Assembly (NCBI GenBank): GCA_964548565.1
Contig: CAZJTF010000002.1
Span: 3,573 to 67,572, forward strand
DNA: 64,000 bases
Source of the DNA: an uncultured Planctomycetales bacterium
GTDB taxonomy: Bacteria > Planctomycetota > Phycisphaerae > UBA1845 > PWPN01
Reading direction: 5' to 3'
Each line of letters starts with the position of its first letter. Within the stretch, counting starts at the first letter, position 1. Both the position numbers and the translations under genes were made by a program. The notes below the pieces were generated by a model that saw nothing but the letters and a program-made list of their open reading frames with translations, was not told where the DNA came from and ran no database searches. Shown piece after piece: positions 8,976 through 17,560 of this stretch.

Positions 8976-9006
8976 GCCGCCCGCACCGCGCGGGCGGCTT
9001 TGTTTT
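8976..9006 (+). terminator. Rho-independent terminator after the CBM48 gene
   Basis: A 9-bp GC stem GCCGCCCGC (8976-8984) / GCGGGCGGC (8990-8998) with a 5-nt loop is followed by TTTGTTTTG. Confidence 0.7.
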
Positions 9007-9027
9007 GCCCTCGCCCGGAACCACGCC

Positions 9028-9519
9028 ATGCCAGCACATGTCGGTGTCATAATGGGTTCGCGATCGGACTGGGAGACGATGCAGCACTGCGCCGCCACCC
9101 TGGAGGCGCTGGGCATCGGGTTCGAGGCCCGTGTGCTCTCTGCACACCGCACGCCCGACGCGGCCCTGGAATATGCCGCCACCGCCGAGAGTCGCGGGCT
9201 GCACGTGATCATCGCGGCCGCGGGAGGCGCAGCCCATCTGGCTGGCGTGATGGCCGCCAAGACCGCCCTGCCCGTCCTCGGCGTCCCCATGCAGTCGCAG
9301 AGCCTGCAGGGGCTCGACTCGCTGCTCTCCATGGTGCAGATGCCCGCGGGAATCCCGGTGGGAACGCTCGCCATCGGCAAAGCCGGCGCGATCAACGCCG
9401 CCCTCTTCGCGGCCGCGATTCTCGCGCGCCACGACGCGAACGTCCGCACCGCCCTCGAGCGGTATCGGTCGGATCAGACCAAGAAGGTGCTGGCGAGTTC
9501 GGACCCGCGCCAGGGCTGA
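9028..9519 (+). CDS. purE: N5-carboxyaminoimidazole ribonucleotide mutase
   Basis: 163 aa. [16 protein letters not shown]...VLSAHRTPD...[29 protein letters not shown]...[19 protein letters not shown] is the canonical PurE sequence pattern. Confidence 0.92.
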   Translation: MPAHVGVIMGSRSDWETMQHCAATLEALGIGFEARVLSAHRTPDAALEYAATAESRGLHVIIAAAGGAAHLAGVMAAKTALPVLGVPMQSQSLQGLDSLLSMVQMPAGIPVGTLAIGKAGAINAALFAAAILARHDANVRTALERYRSDQTKKVLASSDPRQG

Positions 9520-9529
9520 CCGCGCCCTG

Positions 9530-10513
9530 TCAGAACACCCGGCTCAGTTCCCCGCGTGCGCCGTTGAGGACACGGTCCCAGTCGAACGCCGGCCCCGGGT
9601 CGATCTTGCCGCGCGTAATGTGCCAGTGGCCGAGGAGCCCTGACCAGGCGTTCAGCTCTTCCTCGGTCATGACGTCGGCACGCACCCGCCCGTCGGCGTC
9701 GCGCGGGACATCCAGTTTCATCCTCGGGAAGACGCGTGTCAGCGCGGCGCACAGCCGGATCATCGCCGTGTACTGTTCGGGCGTGAAATCGTACTGCACC
9801 AGGTCATGGCCGTTGATGCGCCCGCGCACCACCTCCGGCCGGGCCGGTCTGCCCACGAACCCCGGCGTGCGGATGCCCCCGTCCCCCATCCACGCCGGCA
9901 GCGTGATGCACGGCCAGGCGAACGCGTCGAGGCTGTACCACTCATTGAGCGTCCGCATGTCCGGGTACGCCCCGATGTGTGCAATCTCGACGCCGATCGA
10001 GCGATCGTTGGCCGTGCCTGCATGCCACGCCCGCTCCTTGAGGTCGAGCGTCTGGTACAGCGTGCCGTCAATGTCCAGCATGAACTGCACGGACAGCCCG
10101 CGAACATCGTGCAGGATCTTGAAGCACTGCTGGGAGGTGCCGCAGACGTCGTAGTGAATCACGAACTGGTCCACCGCCTGCTGCAGGTTGGGGAGAGTCC
10201 AGCCGTCCTTCGCGACCGCCTGCTCGAGTTCCGGCGAAAGCTTCTTACGGACGCCGTAGCGGTTCGGGTCGTCCTTCGACACCGGCGCTTTCGGCATGAT
10301 CTGGTCCGACTCGAAATGTCGCCGGCAGCGATACGCGTCATAGCCCCCGGGATCCGTCCAGAGCACGACCGGCGTCCCCGTATGGAAAAGCTGGCCGGCC
10401 GCGACGATCTCGTCCCCTTTCCGCTCCACGCGATCACCCGGACGCCCGCATCCGGTGCAGGCGATGACCGCGCCGCAGACAAGCACTCCCCACGCCTGAA
10501 AGCCGCTCCGCAT
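9530..10513 (-). CDS. N-acetylmuramoyl-L-alanine amidase (Amidase_2/PGRP fold), secreted or lipoprotein
   Basis: 327 aa. The signal plus Cys reads WGVLVCGAVIACTGC. The core FVIHYDVCGTSQQCFKILHDVRGLSVQFMLDIDGTLYQTLDLKERAWHAGTANDRSIGVEIAHIG is AmpD/PGRP-like. Confidence 0.75.
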   Translation of the reverse strand: MRSGFQAWGVLVCGAVIACTGCGRPGDRVERKGDEIVAAGQLFHTGTPVVLWTDPGGYDAYRCRRHFESDQIMPKAPVSKDDPNRYGVRKKLSPELEQAVAKDGWTLPNLQQAVDQFVIHYDVCGTSQQCFKILHDVRGLSVQFMLDIDGTLYQTLDLKERAWHAGTANDRSIGVEIAHIGAYPDMRTLNEWYSLDAFAWPCITLPAWMGDGGIRTPGFVGRPARPEVVRGRINGHDLVQYDFTPEQYTAMIRLCAALTRVFPRMKLDVPRDADGRVRADVMTEEELNAWSGLLGHWHITRGKIDPGPAFDWDRVLNGARGELSRVF

Positions 10514-10525
10514 CGTGTCCTCCCG

Positions 10526-12073
10526 TCAGTGGCTGGCAGGCTGCCACTCGAACTGAACGTCGTAATCCCACGCGTCGAAGTACAGATTCCGCCCGTCAAC
10601 CTCCACCTCGCCCCGCTGGAAATCCGCCGGCTCGCTCCGGAGCGACTCCTTCGGCGGCTGCAGCGCCGTGCCGTAGTCCAGGTTGACGATCATGCGGTAC
10701 GAATCGATATGCCCGAAGTAGAACTCGCGGACGCGCGGATCGTCCGACTCCTGCAGGCCGTAGGACACGTCCGCCGGGAGCCACCCCCACGGGGCGACAT
10801 AGAACTCGGCCCAATCGTGCATGTTCCAGCCCCAGGGCTTGGTCTCCCAGCCGCTCTGCCAGCGCGCGGGAATCCCGGCTGCCCGGCACATCGCGATGAA
10901 GAGCATCGCCTGCGCCCCGCAGTCCCCCCGCCGGCGCGTGTGGGTGCGGATCGACAGGCTCGGGATGATCGTGTACTCCTCCTCGTAGGCATACCGCAGC
11001 TCCTTGCAGAGGTGCAGGTAGATCCTCCGCGCCCGGGCCACGGGGTTCCGCTCGTCGCCTACCGCTGCCTTCACCTCCGCCAGCAGTTCAGGCGTCATCG
11101 CGATATGGGGAAGCCGCTCGCCCAGTCCGCCGCCGTTCCAGTCCGCGGGAAGCGGTCGGGCCGCCGCGTCATCGAGTTTCGGGCAGTAGGCTCGCGAGAC
11201 GAACGAGAAGTCCGCCGCGAAACGGATCGGCTGCGACGGGTCCGCAATTGTGCTTTCAAGATAGATCGTCCGCTGCGGCGCGCCGCTGATGGTGGCGCCG
11301 TTGAACGAGGCTGCCGGCGCGATCCGCGGTTCGCCCGGCGAGGCGGACGCGAGTTCGACATCCCCCTGCTGGCGGTACACCTGCGGATACGGCAGCCAGC
11401 ACCGCACGCGCGAGCCCGCTTTCAACGCGGGATCCGGCTTCACCGTCAGCGTATACCGCACGCGGTGCCGGACGGGAGCCACCTCGTCCCTCCCCGTCGC
11501 GTCCGCCTCCGCCAGCACGTTCCGGATGTGCTCGACCAGCTTCTCCGAATCGCCGGGCTTCACCGCGCCCGCCGCATCGCGCCGGCGCTTTGCCTCTTCA
11601 GAGAACCGGAAGATGTTCGACGGCTCGCGCCTCCAGTACCGGACGGCTCCGTCGATCATGCGGTACTGCGCTTCGCCCGCCGTCCGCCAGCGATCGAGAT
11701 CCGCGGCCGTAACGTCCGGGATGCTTCTGCGCAGCTTCGCCAGCAGCGCATCCGCGTCGAGGCTGTACTCGTGCCGCGTCCGCCGGATGATCTCCAAAAC
11801 TTCATCCCGGACATCCGCCGGGAGTGATGCCTCCGCGACCGTTTTCCCCGCCTGCTCGAACAGTCCCCGCTCAAGCAGTTGCCGCGCTGTCACGACCGCG
11901 GGGTCTTTCGACGTGAACGCCCGCGAAGCGCCCGGAGGGCCCGGGTCGATCTGTTGCGCACCGATCATCACTGCTGCCGCCGTCACGATCATCCACAGGC
12001 CCACGGCTGGTCTCCAGAGGTGCCGAGACGTCCACCGGTCTCGCGCCAGGCGCTGCCCCGGTGCGACGACCAC
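10526..12073 (-). CDS. Transglutaminase-like cysteine protease-fold protein
   Basis: 515 aa. The transglutaminase core reads RRGDCGAQAMLFIAMCRAAGIPARWQSGWE...NMHDWAEFYVAPWGWLPADVSYG (Cys, His and Asp contexts). Confidence 0.75.
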   Translation of the reverse strand: MVVAPGQRLARDRWTSRHLWRPAVGLWMIVTAAAVMIGAQQIDPGPPGASRAFTSKDPAVVTARQLLERGLFEQAGKTVAEASLPADVRDEVLEIIRRTRHEYSLDADALLAKLRRSIPDVTAADLDRWRTAGEAQYRMIDGAVRYWRREPSNIFRFSEEAKRRRDAAGAVKPGDSEKLVEHIRNVLAEADATGRDEVAPVRHRVRYTLTVKPDPALKAGSRVRCWLPYPQVYRQQGDVELASASPGEPRIAPAASFNGATISGAPQRTIYLESTIADPSQPIRFAADFSFVSRAYCPKLDDAAARPLPADWNGGGLGERLPHIAMTPELLAEVKAAVGDERNPVARARRIYLHLCKELRYAYEEEYTIIPSLSIRTHTRRRGDCGAQAMLFIAMCRAAGIPARWQSGWETKPWGWNMHDWAEFYVAPWGWLPADVSYGLQESDDPRVREFYFGHIDSYRMIVNLDYGTALQPPKESLRSEPADFQRGEVEVDGRNLYFDAWDYDVQFEWQPASH

Positions 12074-12180
12074 TCTCCCGCCCCGAGTGTCCGCACGCCG
12101 CGGAGAACGGACGGGGCGAAGCCCTACGATACCCGCCTCGGCCCGCGCGGGCGAGCCTCCGTGGCAGCCCGCGCAGAGAA

Positions 12181-12213
12181 CGACCGGCGGGAACCACTGG
12201 CGCCCGCCGGTCG
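12181..12213 (-). terminator. GC-rich hairpin downstream of paralog A (candidate terminator)
   Basis: A perfect 11-bp stem CGACCGGCGGG / CCCGCCGGTCG with an 11-nt loop lies 45-77 nt past the stop at 12258. The trailing T tract is weak. Confidence 0.45.
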
Positions 12214-12257
12214 AAATAGGCGGATCAGTCAGACCGGCCGGTGCCGGCCTGGCGGAC

Positions 12258-13900
12258 TCAGTTCGGACACTGCGGATGCTGGGCGGCGACGAACGGCACG
12301 TTCGGCCCGGTCGCGCATTCCAGGAAATCCGCGAAGTCCAGGCTGTTGACGACGTTGTCGGCGTTCAGGTCCGCACAGAAACACCCGGACGCAGGCGCGC
12401 CGGTCGGGTTGTAGCACGCCTGGAACGCGCCGAAGTCGTCCATGTCCACGTCGCCGTCGCGATCCGAATCGGCCGCCGGAGAACCGCAACCCTGCAGCAG
12501 CAGCCGGACTGTGATCGGCTGGCTGAGGTCAACCTGCGGGTTCTGATGTGGCATGTCCGGCGTGTTGCTGGCGTCGTTCGTCGTCAGGCGAACCCACCGC
12601 GCCGCCGCCAGGCTGTTGAACTGCCACTCGACCCGCAGCGACTTGCCCGCCCCGTCCGCAACGCCGGCATCGACCGCCGACACGTTTGGCTGGACCAGCA
12701 GGTACCCCGTCGTCGCCGATGCCCGCGGCTCGCGGAACATCGCCGGTTCATCCACCGTCAACTGGTCGAAATCGGCGATCAGCGTCGAGCCGTTCATGAC
12801 CGTGTCAATGTAGACCTTGTAACGCCCGGTGTTCGCCGTCGTCGGCGTGAACGCCAGGTGCTCGAGCACGCCGAACGACCCGTCGAGTGCCCCGTTGCCG
12901 TTCGAGTAGCTCAGGACCGGATCCGTACCGCCCCGGTTGGCCGCATGGAACGTGAACGTCTGCCAGCCGGCGCCCGGCGTCAGCAGTTTGCCGACCGGCG
13001 CACTTCCGCCGGAGGAGCCCGTCGCCCCCACCCACTCGATGGCCTGCCCCGTTCCCGGAGCGCCTGCATCCGCGCCGATCGGCCCCGCCAGGGACGTGTT
13101 CTCCCGGATCCCCAGCGTCACCCGCAAGGCATCGTTCCGCCCGGCACCCACAACCGGCCCGGTGAACGCCTTCGCGCCTTCAATAGCCGTCGTGCACGAG
13201 GACGTCGCGGGCTGATACGTCTGCGTCGCCACGATGGTGTCGCCCATCACGAGCGGCTCCGTCAGGAACACGGTCGCTTCGGGAGCCCCGCCCGGGTCGC
13301 CTGTGCCCAGCAGCGTCCAGGTGTCGGGCGCGTGCGTGTACTTGTAGACGGACACCAGCGTCGCCGCGGGGTTCTGGCTCACGCCGGTGACCCGCAGTTC
13401 CGTGGCGCCGGCCTCGACCGGACCCGGGATCGAAACCGCCTTCACATCCGACGGCAGGCACGGGCGCGGCCCGCGGACCAGCTTGATGTTGTCGATCAGC
13501 ATTCCGACGTACTTGGCGTTCGCCGCGCTCTTGCCGGCATCCCAGGTCCCGCAGTTCGTTGAGAACGCGATCAGCAGGTCATCGCCTGCGTTCGCCGTGA
13601 ACGTGTCCGTCAGAACCCGGATCGGCTGGCTGCTGTTGTCGAAGTAGCCGTCCTGGTCCGGCGTGAGCGGGCCTGTGTAGTTGCCGATCGGCGAAGCGAT
13701 TGCCGGCAGAGCGCCGGTGCTCGGCCGGTGAGCCCCGTTGACCACCACGCCGACCTGGTACGACCGGATGAAATCCTTGTCGTAAAGGTCGCCGCGCTCA
13801 TCCACCAGCATGTCTACCTGCAGGTGGTACTGGTTACCGATGGCTGGATTCGGATCCGCGGCGGGAATCACCTGCTCGAATTTGGCATACGCACCGTTAC
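12258..13900. repeat. DNA-level paralogous repeat (copy 1), 3' half of paralog A
   Basis: The 3' ends of A and B align at the nucleotide level over the dockerin and C-module, with long runs of identity such as ggctgttgaactgccactcgacccgcagcga versus ggctgttgaactgccattcgacccgcagcga. Protein similarity continues to about residue 520 from the C-terminus. Confidence 0.7.
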
Positions 13901-15491
13901 CCCAGCCGTGATCGGCAATGTCGAGGCAGTTGCTGCCCGCAAGCTGCGGCGCCGTGACCTCGCTGCCCGTCGAACCCGTGCGGAGGACTTCCGTGTAGGC
14001 GTTGCTCGCCACGTCGTACCACGTGCGATACGCCGTCCCGACGCCCGACTGCACGATTGCCACCGCAGTCTCGAAATCCTCGATGATGCCCGCCCCCTTC
14101 ACGGCCACACCGGAGCCGGGCGTGCACCCGTGCAGCCCGCGGCTGCCCTGCGTGGCCTTGAGGATCTGCCCGTTCACGAGCGCGGGAACGTTGACGACAG
14201 TGGTTGGAGAGCTGACGGTCGTGTTGTTCGTCCCGACCAGGACGTCGTCCGCATAAACCCGGACCTCGGTGGCGCCCGCGCTCACGCCCGTGACGCGCAC
14301 GGCCGTTTCACCCTCGGAAATCAGCCCCACGATCCGCACCGCCGCCATCTGGGCGCAGTCCCCGACCTTCAGCCCCGTCGTGGGAGCGCACCCGGCAAGT
14401 CCCCGGATCGTCTGGGTCGCGCCGATCACGTGCCCATCCTGGACGGCCGGCAGACCGGTCACCGTTACGCTCGTACTGCCCGGACCCGGCGGGACCGCGA
14501 ACGTCACCGTCTTCAACTGCGTGTTGGCCGTCACGTCCCAGACCGTCACCGCCTCCGCGCGAGTCGCGTCCACCCCCGTCACCACGACGGAGGTATCGCC
14601 GGCCAGCAGGACCGAGTTGGCTGCCTGCACGCTGACCGCCGGAACCTGATTGCAGCCGTCCACCTCGATGCCGAGGTAGTCGATGCAGCTGGTCGCACTG
14701 CCGACGGTCTGAGTCGCCGATACCATGTGCCCGCCAAGAGCGCTCAGGTTGACCGGGACGTCCTGCGATGCCGGAGTTGCCCCGGCGCCAGGGAGCGGGA
14801 AAGAGGTGAGCAGGGTGCTCACGTTGTTGAAGTTGTCGTAAATGTGGACGGCCGTCGCGTTCGGATCGAGCCCCGACACCGTCACCGTCGTGTCCGTGTG
14901 AAGCAGCGGGCTGGGAGCGGTGATCGTCGGATGCGCGAGATTGACGTCGCAGTCCGCCGAGACGAGCACCCATTTCACCGCGTCCAGGTAGAAGCTGCCG
15001 CTCAGGTCGTTGTTCAGGTTGTTGATTTCGACCGTGCCGGCGTCGATGCCCGCATTGAAGGCGAATCGCCCCAGCGACACCCACGTGTTGACGCTCGCGG
15101 TCTGATCGATCGCCACGTCCGTGCTGCCGTCGCGGTGGGTCACCGTGTGGCGGATGTTGGCTCGCCGGTTCGCGCCGGAGCCCCAGGTGGTGAAGACCTC
15201 ATAGGTGCCGGCGACGCTCAGGTCGGCCTTGAAAAAGCCCCGCTTGGTGCCCACGACGGAGCGGTACGTACTCGCGTAGCGTGAGCCGCCGACCGTGGCG
15301 ATGGGGGTGCAGGCCTCAGCCGTGCTCTTGGCCCCACTGTTAGCTAGCGCCGGCGTTTCGGAGTACTTGTTGAAGTTCTTGCCGCCGCTCCGGCTCTCCA
15401 CGATGTAGTCCGCAGCCAGCGCCGGGCCGGCCGACGCCAGCACCGTCACCGCCAGCACTGCCGCGATAAAACCTCTGTGACGGGTTATCAT
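12258..15491 (-). CDS. Secreted multidomain surface protein, paralog A (golvesin-like N-domain, Ig-like repeats, conserved bipartite C-module, dockerin-like tail)
   Basis: 1077 aa with signal peptide MITRHRGFIAAVLAVTVLASAGPALA. The N-domain reads YIVESRSGGKNFNKYS...GSRYAST...TYEVFTTWGS. About four ~90-aa repeats each end in ATQT..G...C. The C-module reads LRVTLGIRENTSLAGPIGADAG...GVLEHLAFTP...YKVYIDTV then MFREPRASATTG...LRVEWQFNSLAAARWVRLTT...VDLSQPITVRLLL. The tail is DSDRDGDVDMDDFGAFQAC...DLNADNVVNSLDFADFLEC. Confidence 0.85.
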   Translation of the reverse strand: MITRHRGFIAAVLAVTVLASAGPALAADYIVESRSGGKNFNKYSETPALANSGAKSTAEACTPIATVGGSRYASTYRSVVGTKRGFFKADLSVAGTYEVFTTWGSGANRRANIRHTVTHRDGSTDVAIDQTASVNTWVSLGRFAFNAGIDAGTVEINNLNNDLSGSFYLDAVKWVLVSADCDVNLAHPTITAPSPLLHTDTTVTVSGLDPNATAVHIYDNFNNVSTLLTSFPLPGAGATPASQDVPVNLSALGGHMVSATQTVGSATSCIDYLGIEVDGCNQVPAVSVQAANSVLLAGDTSVVVTGVDATRAEAVTVWDVTANTQLKTVTFAVPPGPGSTSVTVTGLPAVQDGHVIGATQTIRGLAGCAPTTGLKVGDCAQMAAVRIVGLISEGETAVRVTGVSAGATEVRVYADDVLVGTNNTTVSSPTTVVNVPALVNGQILKATQGSRGLHGCTPGSGVAVKGAGIIEDFETAVAIVQSGVGTAYRTWYDVASNAYTEVLRTGSTGSEVTAPQLAGSNCLDIADHGWGNGAYAKFEQVIPAADPNPAIGNQYHLQVDMLVDERGDLYDKDFIRSYQVGVVVNGAHRPSTGALPAIASPIGNYTGPLTPDQDGYFDNSSQPIRVLTDTFTANAGDDLLIAFSTNCGTWDAGKSAANAKYVGMLIDNIKLVRGPRPCLPSDVKAVSIPGPVEAGATELRVTGVSQNPAATLVSVYKYTHAPDTWTLLGTGDPGGAPEATVFLTEPLVMGDTIVATQTYQPATSSCTTAIEGAKAFTGPVVGAGRNDALRVTLGIRENTSLAGPIGADAGAPGTGQAIEWVGATGSSGGSAPVGKLLTPGAGWQTFTFHAANRGGTDPVLSYSNGNGALDGSFGVLEHLAFTPTTANTGRYKVYIDTVMNGSTLIADFDQLTVDEPAMFREPRASATTGYLLVQPNVSAVDAGVADGAGKSLRVEWQFNSLAAARWVRLTTNDASNTPDMPHQNPQVDLSQPITVRLLLQGCGSPAADSDRDGDVDMDDFGAFQACYNPTGAPASGCFCADLNADNVVNSLDFADFLECATGPNVPFVAAQHPQCPN

Positions 15492-15850
15492 ACTTTCGGG
15501 CTCCTGCTGCTAGAACACTGCGAAAAAATCCACACCGGGGCCGCGTGGCCCCGTGGTCATTCACTGCTTCGGTCGGGTCAGTCTCTGCAGGGAGGCAGGC
15601 AGGCTCGATCGCTTTTCCCACACGTGCTCGGGAGGCGAACCGACAAAACCACTGGCTCCCGGTTGCTCAACGCGCTGTAACACACACCCCCACGGACGGC
15701 AGGCCGATTCTGGGCCGCTCCGCCGTGCCGGGTCTCCGCAATGCATCGGCGCGACGGATTTCTGTCATTATCTGCGCCCGCACATGGGGGTCAACCGTGT
15801 TTCGGCAGGATTCCCTGGCCGCAACACCATCAGGGGCGGGTGCAAGGACG

Positions 15851-15881
15851 CCCGGTGGGAGCCGAAACGACTCCCACCGGG
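15851..15881 (-). terminator. GC-rich hairpin downstream of paralog B (candidate terminator)
   Basis: A perfect 11-bp stem CCCGGTGGGAG / CTCCCACCGGG with a 9-nt loop lies about 50 nt past the stop at 15930. Confidence 0.45.
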
Positions 15882-15929
15882 CCAAATCCACCAGTCATGC
15901 CGGCGACAGCCTTCCCTGGCGTACCGGGC

Positions 15930-17560
15930 TCACTCCGTGCACTGCGGGTGCTCCGCCGGAACGAACGGCACATTCGGGCCGGTCGCGCACTCGAGGAACT
16001 CCGCGAAGTCCTGCAGGTTCACGACGTTATCGGAGTTCAGGTCCGAGCAGAAGCACGCCGATGAGGGCGCCCCGGACGGCTTGAAACACGCCTGGAACTC
16101 GCCGAAGTCGTCCATATCGACGTCGCCATCGAGGTCAAAGTCGGCCGACGGCAGGCCGCAGCCCACCAGCAGCAGCCGGACCGAAACCGGCTGGCTCAGG
16201 TCGATCTGCGGGTTCGAGTGCGGCATGTCCGCGCTGTTGGCATCGTCGAACGTCGTCAACCGCAACCACCGGTTCGCCGCGAGGCTGTTGAACTGCCATT
16301 CGACCCGCAGCGACTGCCCCGCGCCGTCCGCGACGCCGGTGTCAACGGCAGAAACGTTCGGCTGGGTCAGCAGGAACGGTGCCGTTGTGCCCGAGTGGCT
16401 CGGGACCCGGAACAGCGCCACGCTGTCGGCCTCCAGCCCCTCGAAATTGGCAACAACCGTCGCGCCGTTCATCACATTGTCGATGTAGACCTTGTAGCGA
16501 CCGGTATTCTCGGCCGTCGGCGTGAACGCCAGGTGCTCGAGAATCCCGAACGCCCCGTTGAGCGTCGTGTCCCCGGCGTTGAAGCTCAGCACCGGGTCCG
16601 TACCGCCCCTTCCTTCCGCCCAGAAGGTCACCGTCTGCCACTCGCCGCTCGGAGCGATCAGCTTGCCGACCGGCGCATTGGCGCCGCTCGATCCCGTCGC
16701 GCCGACCCACTGGATCGTGCTCGTCGCGATGCCGCCGTCCGCACCGATGGGACCGGTCAGCGCCGTGTTCTCACGCACGCCGAGCGTCACCCGCAGCGGG
16801 CTGTTCTTACCGAGCCCCACAATCGGGCCCGTGAAGTGCTTCTCGCCTTCCATCTCTGCCGTGCACTCCGCGACGGCCGGCATGTACGTCTGCGTCGCGA
16901 CGACTGTCCACCCCGTCTCCAGGGCCGTCGTCAGCGGTACACTCACATCCGGAGCCCCGCCGCGAGCCACCGTGCCCAGCAGCGTCCAGGTATCCGGCGA
17001 CGGTGTGTACCGGTACACCGAAACGAGGGATGCCGCCGGGTTCTGGCTGACGCCGCTGACCTGCAGTTGTGTCGCCCCTGCCTCGACTGGTCCGGGGATC
17101 GAGACAGACTTGACGTCCGACGCCAGGCATGGCCGGGCGCCGGAATTCAGCTTGATGTTGTCAATCTTCATGCCCGGGAAGGGAGAGGTCGGCGCCCCGC
17201 CGCCCTGTGTGTAAGTCCCCACGTTCGTCGCGAACGCGATGAGCAGGTTGTCGCCGGCGTTCGCCGTGAACGACGACGTGAGCACCACCACCGCCTGCGT
17301 GGCCGTCGCACCGTCAAGGTCCACCGTGAGCGGGCCGGTGTAGTTCCCGATGAGCGAACAGGCAGCGATCTGACCGCCGGGCGTACGATGAGCCCCGTTG
17401 ACGATCACGCCTGCCTGGAAGTTGCTGAGCCAATCCAGATCTCCTGCGCCGACCTCATCGATGAGCATGTCAATCTGCAGGTGGTAGGTCCCAGTAGACG
17501 GGATCACCTGCTCGTAGACAGCGTACATGCCGTTGCCGAAACCGTTGTCGGCAAAACGGA
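15930..17560. repeat. DNA-level paralogous repeat (copy 2), 3' half of paralog B
   Basis: See copy 1 (12258-13900). This is a tandem, same-strand duplication separated by a 438-bp intergenic region. Confidence 0.7.
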
